A stretch of DNA of 64,000 nucleotides from an uncultured Planctomycetota bacterium (GTDB lineage: Bacteria > Planctomycetota > Planctomycetia > Gemmatales > Gemmataceae): contig CAWKHF010000004.1 in NCBI GenBank assembly GCA_963849325.1, positions 160,001 to 224,000 of the forward strand. Reading direction: 5' to 3'. The notes under the pieces are model-generated. The model saw only the letters and a program-made list of their open reading frames with translations. It had not been told where the DNA came from and did not search any database. Position 1 is the first letter of the stretch. Every line of letters starts with the position of its first letter. Positions 11,778-23,700 of the stretch are shown here, one piece after another. The position numbers were made by a program, and so were the translations under genes.

Positions 11778-11842
11778 GTTTAGCCGCGATGCGCAGCGGA
11801 GCGCGAGTCTTCCCCGCGCTCCGCTGCGCGTCGCGGCTAAAC
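11778..11842. repeat. REP-like palindrome family A
   Basis: GTTTAGCCGCGATGCGCAGCGGAGCGCG ... CGCGCTCCGCTGCGCGTCGCGGCTAAAC. Confidence 0.9.
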
Positions 11843-11863
11843 GAAGTTATTCCTCGACGCCCT

Positions 11864-12949
11864 CTAAACGCCCGGTAATCCCGTGTAATCTTCCGGATAA
11901 ACCACGTCAACCGGGCTGGGCGCGTAGGTGTGTCTCTCCACGTCTGACGGCTGCGGCATCGGCTCGTTGAGCACCTGCTCGACGGCGGCCTCGACTTCGG
12001 CCAGCGCCTCTTCGTGCGTATGCTCGATGGCCACCGCGTCGAGCAGACCGACGCGAGAAAGCTTCTCCTCGAACAACTCGATCGGGTCGGGTTCGCTCCG
12101 CACGCGCTGGGCGCCGCTGGACGACGAGTGCCCGTAGAGGCGCGATACCTTGGCCTCGATCAGGAACGGGCGGCGCTCGTGGCGGCAGTAGTCCATGGCG
12201 CGGCGGATGGTGTGCCAGCTGGCGATGGGATCGTTGCCGTCCACCACTTCGCCGCGGATGCCGAACGCCTTGCCGCGGTCGATAATGTGCTTCTCGCCGT
12301 GCTGGCTGCACGCCGACGTCGAGATGCCCCAACCGTTGTTGGTGACGATCATCAACACCGGCAGCTCGTTACCGGGCCGGCTGCTCCAGACGAGGCAGGA
12401 GGCGAAATCGCCCTCGGCGGTGCCGGCGTCGCCGCCGGTGACGAGGGTGATGCCGTCGCCGCCGTAACGCTTCTGCACCAGGGCCGTGCCCGGCGCCATG
12501 AGGTACTGCACCTCGACGACGGAGGTGACGGGGATGACGTTCCAATCGCGGTGGGCGAAGTGGCCGACGAAGTTGCGGCCCATCGAGTGGGTGTCGGTCG
12601 CGGTCATGGCCATTTGCCGAATGCTTTCCAGCAGAGGCATGCCCATGGCGATCAGAGTGGCGCTGTTGCGATAGTGCAGGTGAAGGTAGTCGAAGGCGGG
12701 GCCGTGACCTTTTTGGACTTGCAGACCCAGGCAGGTGTTGAACGCTTCCTCGCCCGGCCCTCCGATCCAGAAATACCCCTGTCCCGATTTGCTCATCTTG
12801 ATCATCCGCTCTTCCATGGTCCGCGTGCGAACCATGAGGCGGTAGATGTCCAGGCAGCGCTCAGCGGGCAGCGCTCTGCGCCCGCTGTATACATCAGGAG
12901 CGAGCAGGCTGACCCCCTCGTCCCCGAAGGAATTGCTTTCATTCGGCAT
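11864..12949 (-). CDS. 2-oxoacid dehydrogenase E1 alpha subunit (TPP-dependent)
   Basis: TPP motif GDAGTAEGDF...NNGWGIS, RLYGHSSS; GGAGGAG RBS before ATG 12949. Confidence 0.92.
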   Translation of the reverse strand: MPNESNSFGDEGVSLLAPDVYSGRRALPAERCLDIYRLMVRTRTMEERMIKMSKSGQGYFWIGGPGEEAFNTCLGLQVQKGHGPAFDYLHLHYRNSATLIAMGMPLLESIRQMAMTATDTHSMGRNFVGHFAHRDWNVIPVTSVVEVQYLMAPGTALVQKRYGGDGITLVTGGDAGTAEGDFASCLVWSSRPGNELPVLMIVTNNGWGISTSACSQHGEKHIIDRGKAFGIRGEVVDGNDPIASWHTIRRAMDYCRHERRPFLIEAKVSRLYGHSSSSGAQRVRSEPDPIELFEEKLSRVGLLDAVAIEHTHEEALAEVEAAVEQVLNEPMPQPSDVERHTYAPSPVDVVYPEDYTGLPGV

Positions 12950-13238
12950 GCCGCGTCTCCTCCTCGGAGGACTGTTGTGTCCCGCGTCGTCGGCCGTCCC
13001 GTTCCGGAGGGCGCGGCCGACAGAGGCGGGGGCGAAAGTTCCTGGGGCCATCCATGCCGGGGAGGGGCCTCTTTCCTATTTTACGCTTCTCGCATTGCGC
13101 AGCGGTAGACCGGCTGCGGGATACCGCTTCTTCTTTCCCCATATCGGCCGGTGACGATATTGGCAATTCCATTTTTTTTCACCAACGGTAGTTGACGACG
13201 GGGAGGAAGGGAAAGTCTGGGATGCCTGGACAGATTGC

Positions 13239-14614
13239 TCAGGTCGGCGGAGCCGCGTTTGGTCGTGGTCCTCTCTCTTCCGATGGAAGGTTGACGGACG
13301 CGCTCGCCACGGCCAGGACGGCGGATGGCGGCAGCAGGGGCCGTGCCGGCTCGGCGTACAATCCCAGGGCCGGCACCGAAACCAACTCCTTCTCGGGATA
13401 GCGCAGCGCCGTCAGCCGACCGCCGAAGACGCAGCCGGTATCGATGTTGATGGTGTTGTGGAGCCATTCCGGTTGGGCCACCGGCGTGTGGCCGTAGACG
13501 ACCATCGCCGGGCCGCGATAGTCCGCCGCCCAGTTGAGCCGAACCGGCAGGCCTGCGTCGTCCGTCGCGCCCGTCGTGTCGCCGTAGAGGGCGAATGCGC
13601 GCACCCGAGCCGAGTCGCGGCCTTGCAGTTCCTCCTTCAGACCGGCGTGAGCGACCACCAGCTTGCCGTCATCGAGGACGTAATGACTGGGCAAGCCGTC
13701 GAGGAACGTCCCCACGCGCTCCTGGAACGTCTCGGGTTCCGCCCCCAGCTGGGTCAGCGATTCGGCCAGCCCCTGGCTGATCTTCACGTCGCGGCCCTTG
13801 AGCTTGCGCAGCAGCTTGTCGTCGTGGTTGCCAATGACGCACAGGGCGTCGCCGGCCGCCACCATGCCCATGACCAGGCGGAGCACGGCCGGGATGTTTG
13901 GGCCGCGATCGACCAAATCGCCGACGAAGACTGCCTTGCGCCCTGCGGCGGCCGCACCGCGAAGTCCGGTCGCCCCTCGGCATCCGCTCGCGCCGCGACC
14001 TCGTAGCCGAGCACATGCAAGAGCGCTGTCAGCTCCTCGAAGCAGCCGTGTACGTCGCCGAGGAGATCGAACGGCCCGTGCTCCTCGCGGCGGTCGATGC
14101 CCAGCCGCCGGCGCTCGATGACGAGCGAAGCGACTTCCTCTGCCGAGGATAGGACGGAGACGGAATGAAAGCCTTCCTTTTCCAAACTCTCCATCGCTTG
14201 GCGCAGCAGCTGCGCGTGTCCCTGGATCACCTGCGAGCCGACCTGCCGGCCGTGGCGCTGCCGGTCGTAGTCCTGGCATACGTCCTCGGGCAGATTGAAG
14301 ACGATGGCTGCGGTCAGGTAGTGATAGCGCTTGGCCACGGCGAGGAGCTGCTTGCGCGCCTCGGCCTTGAGGTTGGTCGCATCGATGACGGTGAGCCGCC
14401 GGCGGGCCAGCCGTTTCTCCGCGGCCAGGTGTAGCAGCTCGAAGGCATCGCGACTGGCCGACTGATCGCTCTCATCGTCGCTGACCATGCCGCGGAAGAA
14501 GTCGGAGGATAGGATCTCCGTTGGCTGGAAGTGCCGGCGTGCGAAGGTGGACTTACCGCAGCCGGAGGGACCGACCAGGGCGACGAGCGACGGTTCGAGG
14601 ATGGTCAGTAGCAT
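13239..14614 (-). CDS. Polynucleotide kinase-phosphatase (Pnkp kinase + metallophosphoesterase domains, no ligase domain); frameshift near 13945
   Basis: P-loop GPSGCGKST, ILSSD, IDATN; GDVHGC, GDLVDRG, GNHD, YGHT, IDTGCVFGG. Confidence 0.88.
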
Positions 14615-14691
14615 GGGCGTTTCCCTCCATTGCGGGGAGAGACACCGAAGCGGCCGCAGATGTTCGCTGCCGGCGGTTTCGCGGTCGGGAT

Positions 14692-15256
14692 TCAGGGACT
14701 CTTCTTCGTTCGGCGCGTCAATTTGACGTTCCACTCCACGCGCTCCTTCGTGCCGCGCACTCGATGGACATAGTGATACGGATGACCGTCTTTCGGGTCG
14801 AATCGCGCTGTGGCGAAGTTGGGTCGCTGGGCCGTCTCGTCACGCCTTAGCGCCGCCTCGATCTCGTCGAGCAGCGCCGGCACCCCATAATGCCCCGGAT
14901 CATCCGACGACAGCGCCAGCAAACCCGCTCCCGCGACGATCGCCAGCGACGGATCGAGATAAACGACCTCGCCAGTGTCCACGACGAGCACCACGCGGCC
15001 GGAGCGGACCCCCACGAGATATTCCTGCTCCCCGGCCGGACTGCCCTCCTGCTCGCTCTTGACTAGGTATTCCAGATCGTAGTCGGCCGGCGCGTTCTCG
15101 CCAGAGTCGCCGGGCCTCCGCCAGCTGCTCGGGCTTCAGCTGGATGCTGAGGTTGTAGACGATGGGCACGACGACCGCCGCCGCGGCCAGAACGGCCAGC
15201 ACCAGGAAAAAACCCATCCAGCGCCGCGATCGGGGGCGAGAGGAGGGAGGTGTCAT
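14692..15256 (-). CDS. Hypothetical membrane-anchored protein; frameshift near 15090
   Basis: N-terminal TM (WMGFFLVLAVLAAAAVVVPIVY) joined to the 14692..15015 frame. Confidence 0.6.
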
Positions 15257-15279
15257 GCACAGGTTCATCCGCAGCTGGC

Positions 15280-16538
15280 TTAGGGCACCTTGAGGCGCTC
15301 GGCGAAGGTCTCGGGCAGCTCGGCCTTGGCGATGACGACGACGCCCTGCTCGGTGACCGTGAAGCCGCGCTGCCGGTCGTGTTCCAGGTCGTAGCCGATG
15401 GTCGTGTTCTGCGGGATCTTCACGTCCTTGTCGATGATGGCCCGGCGAATGCGGCAGTGCCGGCCGACGTCGACGCCGTCGAACAGGATCGACGACTCGA
15501 CCACGGCGAAGCTGTTGACGCGGACGTTGGGCGACAGGATGCTGCGGCGGACGTGGCCGCCGCTGATGATGCAGCCCTGGCAGACCATGCTGTCGTGGGC
15601 CTCGCCGCGGCGAGCGTGATCGCCGACGCCGTCGTCGAAGACGAACTTCGGCGGCGGCAACTGCGGCTGATAGCGTGCGGATCGGCCATTCGCGGTCGTA
15701 CAGGTTCAGCACCGGATCGATGTCGATGAGGTCCATGTTGGCCTGGTAGTAGGCGTCGAGCGTGCCCACGTCGCGCCAGTACGGCACCGCCTTGCGGTTC
15801 TGGTCGCGGAAGCGGTAGGCGAAGACGCGGTGCGAGTCGAGCATGCGGCGGAATGATGTTCTTGCCGAAGTCGTGGTCGCTGTCGGCTCGGGTCGCGTCC
15901 TGGCACAGCAGCTCGTACATGGTGCGGGCCGTGAACACGTAAATGCCCATCGACGCCAGGCATTGGCCGGGATCGTCCGGCAGCGTCCGGCGGCTCGTGC
16001 GGCTTCTCCAGGAAGCCGACGACGCGGTCCTCCCGGTCCACGTCCATGATGCCGAAGTGGACGCCCTCCTTGCGCGGCACGGGAATGCAGCCGACGGTCA
16101 GGTCGGCGCCGCGCTCGAGGTGCGGCGCGGATCATGTCGCCGTAGTCCATCTTGTAGATGTGGTCGCCGGCCAGGATGAGGACGTAGCGCGGGTCGGCCT
16201 TCTCGATGGTGTAGATGTTCTGATAGATGGCGTCGGCGGTGCCCTTGTACCAGTTCTCGTCGATGCGCTGCTGCGGCGGCAGCACCTCGATGTACTCGTC
16301 CAGTTCGCGGCGGCAGGAAGCCCCAGCCGGCGGCGATGTGCCGGTCGAGGCTGCGGGCCTTGTACTGGGTGAGCACGAGGATGCGGCGAAGGTCGCTGTT
16401 GATGCAGTTGGACAGGGTGAAGTCGATGATGCGATACAGGCCGCCGAAGGGCACGGCCGGCTTGGCGCGGTCGCGGGTCAAGGGTTCCAGCCGCGTGCCC
16501 TTGCCGCCGGCCAGGATCAACGTCAACACGTCTCTCAC
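15280..16538 (-). CDS. glgC: Glucose-1-phosphate adenylyltransferase, several frameshifts
   Basis: [75 protein letters not shown]-terminal hexapeptide repeats. Confidence 0.93.
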
Positions 16539-16641
16539 AATGCCGCTCTCCTTCCCCTCACGTCCTCCCATCCTCTCCTGGATTGGTTGGTCTGCCCCTG
16601 CGATCTCCGGAGGAGCCTTCGCCGTTGATACTATCGCGTCT

Positions 16642-17718
16642 CTAGCGGCCGCTGTCCACACTGTACCGTCGCGCGCACGCCTGGACGAGCCGGTCGAGGC
16701 TAAAGTGTTCGGCGACGCGCTGACGGCCAGCCTCGCCCAAGCGCGGTCGCTCGGCGGGATCGTCCAGCAGCCAGCGCGTCTGCCGAGCCAGGGCGGCCTT
16801 GTTGTCTGGCTCGACCAGAAAGCCGGTCGCGCCGTCCACGACGACCTCGGCCAGGTCGGGACAGCGCGAGGCGACGACCGGCCGACCGGCTGCCATCGCC
16901 TCCAAGGCGGCGCCGACGCCGCCGCCGCGCAGGCTCGGCACCCAGACCACCTCCGCACGCTGCAAATAAGGGGCCGTATCGGCGCAAGGGCCGAGAAAAT
17001 GGACGTGCTCCAGGGCGTCGATGCGCCGCGCGAAGTCCTCGACGCGCGGCCGATCCGAACCGCCGCCGACGAGGAGAAGATGAACGTCGCCGTAGAAGTG
17101 GCGCAGAATGTCGAAGGCCCAGACCGCCTCACGGAAGCCCTTGTGCCATTCGATCGGCCCCAATCCCAGCACGACGCGGTCGGCAGCGGTTATGCCCGGC
17201 CATGATGCCGGCTCGGCCGCACTCGCGGGCAGCATCACGGCGGGAGCGACGACGGCGATGCGCGGGTCGGCGACACCAAGACGACGATAGCGCTCGGCCT
17301 CCGTCGCCCCAAAAGCGATAACGCCCTCCACTCGCCGCAACAGCCAGCGATCGAGCCGGCCAGGCGGCTGGGCGGCCGGCGCGGCGTCACTGACGAGCAA
17401 TCGATCCACCGCCCGGCTGCCGCTCCCTACCACCGCCCGCAGCGCCGTCGTGCCCCAGACGTGCAGCACGTCCGGCCGCATCGACCGCACCAGCCGGCGC
17501 AAGGCGACAAACGGCAGAATGTCAAACGGCCGCTTCCGGCCCAGCACTTCGACTTCGATCCCCTGCCGGCGCAGCGACTCGGCCCACGGCGAAGTCGTGC
17601 CCAGGACCACGACGCGCACACGGAAGGACTCGCGCGGCAGGCCCGCCGCCAGCAGCGTGAGTTGCCGGGCGGCGCCGCCGTAGTGCAAGCTCGGGATGAC
17701 CAAAAGGACGGTTCGCAT
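16642..17718 (-). CDS. GT-B fold family 4 glycosyltransferase
   Basis: GGAARQL N-terminus; [14 protein letters not shown]. Confidence 0.9.
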   Translation of the reverse strand: MRTVLLVIPSLHYGGAARQLTLLAAGLPRESFRVRVVVLGTTSPWAESLRRQGIEVEVLGRKRPFDILPFVALRRLVRSMRPDVLHVWGTTALRAVVGSGSRAVDRLLVSDAAPAAQPPGRLDRWLLRRVEGVIAFGATEAERYRRLGVADPRIAVVAPAVMLPASAAEPASWPGITAADRVVLGLGPIEWHKGFREAVWAFDILRHFYGDVHLLLVGGGSDRPRVEDFARRIDALEHVHFLGPCADTAPYLQRAEVVWVPSLRGGGVGAALEAMAAGRPVVASRCPDLAEVVVDGATGFLVEPDNKAALARQTRWLLDDPAERPRLGEAGRQRVAEHFSLDRLVQACARRYSVDSGR

Positions 17719-18012
17719 AAGGAGCTATTTCACCAAGCCGGACCTTCATGAGCCGTTCTCCAGGCACGATGAACGGAGGAGGCCGTATTGAACAGAATAA
17801 ACATGGAGGAGAAAAGGGGGAATGTCGAGCTTGAGGATAGCACCTCCTTGACGGGACGGGTAGCATTTGTTCAGATTTGAGTTGGTTAAGAGAGAAAGGC
17901 GGAGACTGACGCTTTCGTCACCGCTCTCTCTCCTATCTCCGGGCAATTATTGCAAGCAGGGGAAAGGGTTCACGGTAGGATGACAAAGGACTCGCCGAGT
18001 GGAGAGGATCGC

Positions 18013-19311
18013 ATGGCACGCACGGGACCGTCTCAACTCTGGCTTTTCCCTGCTGAAGAAGTATCTTCGGTTCGGGATGCGGCGGCTTCCACCTTTATCG
18101 ATAATATGGCTTTGCCGGTCCATCGCTGGTTCCGTTACAGCGCCGGCTTCTCCGCGGAGTGGGTGGAATCGGTACTCGCCAGCACGCGGCGGTCAGGCCC
18201 CGTCACCGTGCTCGATCCGTTCGCGGGTGCCGGCACAACGCTCCTTGCCGCGGAAAAACAGGGGGTTCCCTCCTACGGAGTGGAAGCTCATCCCTTCGTG
18301 AGGCGCATCGCCCGAGCCAAGCTGCTGTACCGCAGCGATCCCGACGCTTACCTCCGACGCGCGGGAGAGGTCAAGCGACTGGCCCCAAGTTTGCCGGCGC
18401 GTGTGGCGGACTACCCGGGCCTTATCCGCAAATGTTTCACGGATGATTCGTTGGCTTGCTTGGACCAATTACGCCGCGCCTGGGAGAAGACCGACGATCA
18501 ATCGGCCGCGTCCCAGTTGGTCTGGTTGACCGTGGTGGCGATTCTTCGTTCGGCCTCCCATGCCGGGACGGCACCGTGGCAGTACGTTTTGCCGCGCAAG
18601 ACGAAACGGTCGCCCCTACATCCTCTCGCCGCCTTTGAGGCGATGACGGCGATGATGGCCACGGACATGCGTACAGCGGGGCGTGCGGAAGGACCGACGG
18701 CAATCCTTGTCGCCTCGGATGCCCGCACCTGTGCGGGCATCCCGGATCAATGGGCCAACTTGGTAGTCACTTCGCCGCCCTACGCCAACAATTACGATTA
18801 TGCAGATGCTACCCGTCTCGAAATGTGCTTCTGCCGAGAGATCGACGGTTGGGGAGACCTGCATCGGGCCGTGCGCCGGCACTTGATTCGGTCTTGCTCG
18901 CAACACGTACCCGAACGCGCGGTGGACTTGCAGCAACTTTTGTCCGCTCCCGAATTGACGCCGATCCGCCCGGAAATCAGTCGTATCTGCGAGCAACTGG
19001 CCGCCGTGCGCCAGGAGAAAGGGGGGAAGAAGACCTATCATCTGATGGTGGCCGCCTATTTCTTCGATCTGGCTCGGGTCTGGTGCGCTCTCCGGCGCGT
19101 CTGTCAGCGGCCGTCTCGTGTTTGCTTTGTCCTCGGTGATTCCGCGCCTTATGGGGTTTACGTCCCCGTCATGGACTGGTTGGGACGCCTGGCCGTGGCC
19201 GCGGGTTTCTCGACCTTTGAATTCGAGAAAACGCGCGACCGGAATGTGAAATGGAAAAACCGCAAGCACCGCGTTCCGCTTTGCGAAGGACGTCTTTGGG
19301 TTCAAGGGTGA
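18013..19311 (+). CDS. Amino-DNA methyltransferase (likely N4-cytosine, alpha motif order)
   Basis: HRWFRYSAGFS, motif I DPFAGAGTT followed by catalytic TSPPY; GGAGAGG RBS. Confidence 0.88.
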   Translation: MARTGPSQLWLFPAEEVSSVRDAAASTFIDNMALPVHRWFRYSAGFSAEWVESVLASTRRSGPVTVLDPFAGAGTTLLAAEKQGVPSYGVEAHPFVRRIARAKLLYRSDPDAYLRRAGEVKRLAPSLPARVADYPGLIRKCFTDDSLACLDQLRRAWEKTDDQSAASQLVWLTVVAILRSASHAGTAPWQYVLPRKTKRSPLHPLAAFEAMTAMMATDMRTAGRAEGPTAILVASDARTCAGIPDQWANLVVTSPPYANNYDYADATRLEMCFCREIDGWGDLHRAVRRHLIRSCSQHVPERAVDLQQLLSAPELTPIRPEISRICEQLAAVRQEKGGKKTYHLMVAAYFFDLARVWCALRRVCQRPSRVCFVLGDSAPYGVYVPVMDWLGRLAVAAGFSTFEFEKTRDRNVKWKNRKHRVPLCEGRLWVQG

Positions 19312-19315
19312 ACCG

Positions 19316-20191
19316 ATGGCGGAATCCGCAGCACACAAGTGGGGGCAAATCATCGGCGAACTCCTGCAACTCTCCTTGCGGGAGGAGTTGCAAAAGGTGG
19401 CCGACCGTCATCAACTCTACCTCGACTACCAGAGAGACCGCCCCGCTCGGAAAGGCTCCCGAGTATCTTGGCAAGACCGCTACGGCAACAGCCACGATTT
19501 GGATTACGTGTTCGAGAGAGGGGGGACAGACACGGTGATCGGACAGCCCGCCGCGCTCATCGAGGTGGCCTGGAGACGATACACGAAGCACTCGAAAAAC
19601 AAGGCGCAAGAGATACAGGGTGCCGTCCTGGCCCTGGCCGAGACGTACAGTCATTTTCGTCCGTTCCTCGGCATCGTCTTGGCTGGCGAGTTCACCCGCA
19701 ATGCCTTGGCCCAACTTCGCTCCCACGCCTTCAGCGTCTTCCACATTTCCTACGCCGAGATCATGAATGCGTTCGCATCGCTTGGGATTGATGCCACCTA
19801 CGATGAAAGCACTCCCGAGCGTCGATTTCGAGAGAAGATCAAGCAGTACCAGGCGCTTTCGTCGTCTCAGATCGCCAAGCTCAAACAGGCTCTGCTCGTT
19901 TCTCCCCACCCCGACCAATCGCCGCTGAAATCGTTCCTGGAAACGCTCGATGCGTCCCTGGCACGCCGCATCGTGGGCATCACCGTCCTGGTCCTCCACG
20001 GGGAAGCTCAACAAATCGCCACCGTTACCGAAGCGATCAACTATCTCCAATCTTACGACGACGCTCGGCATAGTACGGGTCCGGCAGCCCGGTATGAGAT
20101 CGACGTGCGCTACAACAACGGCGATGTGATCCACGGCATCTTTCAGGCCAAGGATGCTGCAATTGGCTTCCTCCGCCGCTCGACCGTGTGA
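19316..20191 (+). CDS. Putative Type II restriction endonuclease (PD-(D/E)xK-like)
   Basis: 4 nt downstream of the MTase, atypical codon usage, HDLDYVFE...LIEVAWRRYTKH acidic motif. Confidence 0.6.
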   Translation: MAESAAHKWGQIIGELLQLSLREELQKVADRHQLYLDYQRDRPARKGSRVSWQDRYGNSHDLDYVFERGGTDTVIGQPAALIEVAWRRYTKHSKNKAQEIQGAVLALAETYSHFRPFLGIVLAGEFTRNALAQLRSHAFSVFHISYAEIMNAFASLGIDATYDESTPERRFREKIKQYQALSSSQIAKLKQALLVSPHPDQSPLKSFLETLDASLARRIVGITVLVLHGEAQQIATVTEAINYLQSYDDARHSTGPAARYEIDVRYNNGDVIHGIFQAKDAAIGFLRRSTV

Positions 20192-20278
20192 TCCGTTGCC
20201 GTCTCTCCTTCTCGCTCCGACAATATCCCTGGTGAACTAGATGCTCGGTCGGGTCCGCCCGGGAGAAAGGGCCTCATC

Positions 20279-22996
20279 ATGGACAAGCCGTTCGGCAGTC
20301 CGGCGCAGCTCCGCGTCGGCGATCGGGATTACACCATCTTCCGCCTCGACGCCGTGGCCCGCGTCCATCCGCGCGTGACCCGGCTGCCGTTCTCGCTGAA
20401 AGTCCTGCTCGAAAACCTTCTCCGCTGTCAGGATGGCCTGACCGTTCGTCCCGAGGACATCACGGCGCTGGCCAGCTGGGAGCCGAAGGCGCAGCCGAGC
20501 AAGGAAATCGCCTTCATGCCGGCCCGCGTGCTGTTGCAGGACTTCACCGGCGTGCCGGCCGTCGTCGATCTGGCCGCCATGCGCGACGCCATGAAGCAGA
20601 TGGGCGGCGACCCCAAGCGCATCAACCCGCTGCTGCCGGCCGAGCTGGTCATCGATCATTCCGTGCAGGTGGACGACTTCGGCAGCTCGTTGGCCTTCCG
20701 CACCAATGCCGACATGGAATTCCAGCGCAACCGCGAGCGCTACGCCTTCCTGCGCTGGGGCCAGAAGGCGTTTCGCAATTTCAAGGTCGTGCCGCCGGAC
20801 ACCGGGATCTGCCATCAGGTCAATCTCGAGTACCTGGCCCGCGTTGTCTTCGTCAACGAAGAGACGAAAACGGCCTATCCCGATACGCTGGTCGGCACCG
20901 ATTCGCACACGACGATGATTAACGGCCTGGGCGTGCTCGGCTGGGGCGTCGGCGGCATCGAGGCGGAAGCCGCCATGCTCGGACAGCCGCTGTCCATGCT
21001 CATTCCCGAAGTAGTCGGCTTCAAGCTGACCGGGCAACTCCGCGAGGGAGCGACCGCCACGGACCTCGTGCTGACCGTGACCCAGATGCTGCGAAAGAAG
21101 GGCGTGGTTGGCAAGTTCGTCGAGTTTTACGGTTCCGGCCTGGCTGGTCTGCCGCTGGCCGATCGCGCCACCATCGCCAACATGGCGCCGGAGTATGGCG
21201 CCACCTGCGGCATCTTCCCCGTGGACGCCGAGACGCTGAAGTATCTGCGCTTCACCGGCCGGCCCGACCCGCTCGTCCAACTCGTCGAGGCGTACACCAA
21301 GGAGCAAGGGCTGTTTCACACGCCGGACACGGCGGAGGCGATGTACTCCGATACGCTGGAGCTGGACCTCGGCATGGTCGAGCCGAGCCTCGCTGGACCT
21401 GAGCGCCCGCAGGACCGCGTTGCCCTGGGCGAGGTCAAGCAATCCTTTGCGAAGGAGCTACCCGGTCTCTTGAGCAAGGCCAAGGGCAAGACGGGAGCCG
21501 CCCCGGCCGCGGGCGCCGGTGCGGCCGTGAAGGTCGCGCTCGGCAAGGACAGCGCCGAGCTGCACCACGGCTCCATCGTCATCGCCGCCATCACCAGCTG
21601 CACCAACACCTCGAATCCGTCGGTCATGCTCGCCGCCGGCCTGCTGGCCAAGAAGGCCGTCGAGAAGGGCTTGCAGACCAAACCGTGGGTCAAGACGAGC
21701 CTGGCTCCCGGCTCAAAAGTGGTCACGGACTACCTCGCCGAGTCAGGCCTGATGCGTTATTTGGAACAATTGCGATTTCATTTAGTCGGGTATGGTTGTA
21801 CCACGTGTATCGGGAATTCCGGCCCGCTGCCGCCGGCGATCTCGCACGGCATCGACGAGGGCAACCTGGTCGTCGCCGCCGTGCTGTCGGGCAATCGCAA
21901 TTTCGAGGGCCGTATCCATCCCGAGGTGCGGGCCAATTACCTCGCCTCGCCGCCGCTGGTCGTCGCCTTCGCCCTGGCCGGCCGCATCGACACCGACCTG
22001 CACACCGAACCGCTCGGCCACGATGCCAAGGGACAGCCCGTCTTCCTCAAGGACATCTGGCCCAGCCGCATGGAAGTCGAGGAGGCGATCCGCTCCTCGG
22101 TGCATTCGGAGATGTTTCACAAGGAATACGGCGAGGTCTTCCAGGGCGACGAGCACTGGCGCGGCATGCCGACGCCGGAGGGCGATCAATTCGCCTGGGA
22201 TCCCCATTCCACCTACGTCAAGCATCCGCCGTACTTCGTGGACATGAAGCCGCGACCGGAACCGGTGCGCGACATCCAGGGCGCCCGCGTCCTGGCCGTG
22301 CTCGGCGACAGCATCACGACCGACCACATCTCGCCGGCCGGCTCGATCAAGCCGCAAGGACCGGCGGGACAGTACCTCGTCAGTCACGGCATCGCGGTAC
22401 AGGACTTCAACTCCTTCGGCTCGCGGCGCGGCAATCACGAAGTCATGGTGCGCGGCACCTTCGCCAACGTCCGACTCAAGAACCTGCTGGCACCCGGCAC
22501 GGAAGGCGGCGTCACCCGCCACCTGCCCGACGGAGCGCAGATGTCGATTTACGATGCCTCGGTGAAGTATCACGAGGAAAAGGTGCCGTTGTTGGTGCTG
22601 GCCGGCAAGGAGTACGGTTCCGGCTCGTCGCGCGATTGGGCCGCCAAGGGGACGCTGCTGCTGGGCATCCGCGCCGTCCTCGCCGAGAGTTACGAACGCA
22701 TCCACCGCTCCAACCTCGTCGGCATGGGCATCCTGCCGTTACAGTTCCGCGACGGCGAAAGCGTCGCCAGCCTCGGCTTGACCGGCGAGGAAGTCTACGA
22801 CCTGGAAGGTCTGTCCCCGTTGTTGGAGAGCGGCCTGGCCGGTGGACGGGAGATCAACGTCAAGGCCCGCGGCGCCGACGGCAAGGAACACGCCTTCCGG
22901 GCCGTGGTCCGCATCGACACACCGCAGGAAGTGCGCTACTACCAACACGGCGGCATCCTGCAGTACGTGCTGCGCCAGCTATTGGCCCCGAAGTGA
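20279..22996 (+). CDS. acnA: Aconitate hydratase A
   Basis: [59 protein letters not shown]. Confidence 0.98.
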   Translation: MDKPFGSPAQLRVGDRDYTIFRLDAVARVHPRVTRLPFSLKVLLENLLRCQDGLTVRPEDITALASWEPKAQPSKEIAFMPARVLLQDFTGVPAVVDLAAMRDAMKQMGGDPKRINPLLPAELVIDHSVQVDDFGSSLAFRTNADMEFQRNRERYAFLRWGQKAFRNFKVVPPDTGICHQVNLEYLARVVFVNEETKTAYPDTLVGTDSHTTMINGLGVLGWGVGGIEAEAAMLGQPLSMLIPEVVGFKLTGQLREGATATDLVLTVTQMLRKKGVVGKFVEFYGSGLAGLPLADRATIANMAPEYGATCGIFPVDAETLKYLRFTGRPDPLVQLVEAYTKEQGLFHTPDTAEAMYSDTLELDLGMVEPSLAGPERPQDRVALGEVKQSFAKELPGLLSKAKGKTGAAPAAGAGAAVKVALGKDSAELHHGSIVIAAITSCTNTSNPSVMLAAGLLAKKAVEKGLQTKPWVKTSLAPGSKVVTDYLAESGLMRYLEQLRFHLVGYGCTTCIGNSGPLPPAISHGIDEGNLVVAAVLSGNRNFEGRIHPEVRANYLASPPLVVAFALAGRIDTDLHTEPLGHDAKGQPVFLKDIWPSRMEVEEAIRSSVHSEMFHKEYGEVFQGDEHWRGMPTPEGDQFAWDPHSTYVKHPPYFVDMKPRPEPVRDIQGARVLAVLGDSITTDHISPAGSIKPQGPAGQYLVSHGIAVQDFNSFGSRRGNHEVMVRGTFANVRLKNLLAPGTEGGVTRHLPDGAQMSIYDASVKYHEEKVPLLVLAGKEYGSGSSRDWAAKGTLLLGIRAVLAESYERIHRSNLVGMGILPLQFRDGESVASLGLTGEEVYDLEGLSPLLESGLAGGREINVKARGADGKEHAFRAVVRIDTPQEVRYYQHGGILQYVLRQLLAPK

Positions 22997-23015
22997 CGGC
23001 GACGAACGGATACCG

Positions 23016-23195
23016 TCAGCGGAGCGGCCTCATGCGGAGCCGCGACGTGATCATCCGCGAATGGGAGCGATAGCGGAGCAATTTCAAGCCGGCCTGTCGG
23101 ATGCGCGGAGGAAACGCGACGCAGGCAACGATCAACACGAGCACGTAGACCACGAACACATACATCAGCCAATGCGACAGGATCACATTCAACAT
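23016..23195 (-). CDS. Small single-TM membrane protein (59 aa)
   Basis: AAGGAG RBS before ATG 23195; hydrophobic helix followed by Arg-rich tail. Confidence 0.5.
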   Translation of the reverse strand: MLNVILSHWLMYVFVVYVLVLIVACVAFPPRIRQAGLKLLRYRSHSRMITSRLRMRPLR

Positions 23196-23700
23196 CGTTA
23201 TTCTCCTTGAAGTGCTGCTCCCCGAAAGAGGAGACTTGCCACGGTTCCTCTTCATTCGCCCGGCCGGCGTTCATCGGCCGGAGCTTAACGAAAAGTAATA
23301 AAAGCAATCATCGTACCGGAAGGGGTGCCGGATCAAGAAAAAACAGCAGCCTTTCGGAGATTATTTCTTAAACGGTTACCTCCATTGCGTTTGCGCAACG
23401 TATTCCGGGAGATTTCTTTTCGGTTTACGGTCCCCTTCCTCCGGCCCTTTGGCGTCAGAGGGGGCGTCGGGGTGCGGCCATCCCTTCCCAGGCGGGGGAA
23501 TACTGCTCATGGGGAGAGTTCCTTTGGGGGCGGATAGCCGGTCGTGTCGAATCTTCTGGATTCACTGAAACAGTCCTCCTCCGCGGCCGGTATACTGTCC
23601 TTTGGACCCGCGAGGCAGGAGTTGGACCTCCGTGGAGATGCGCAGCCCCGCCGTCGGCCGGTGGGCTTCGCGGTCCTTCTCGACAAGAAACGGTGATTCC

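Noticed and set aside
9377-12949. Missing E3 subunit as a novelty
   Set aside because: E3 is commonly shared and encoded elsewhere
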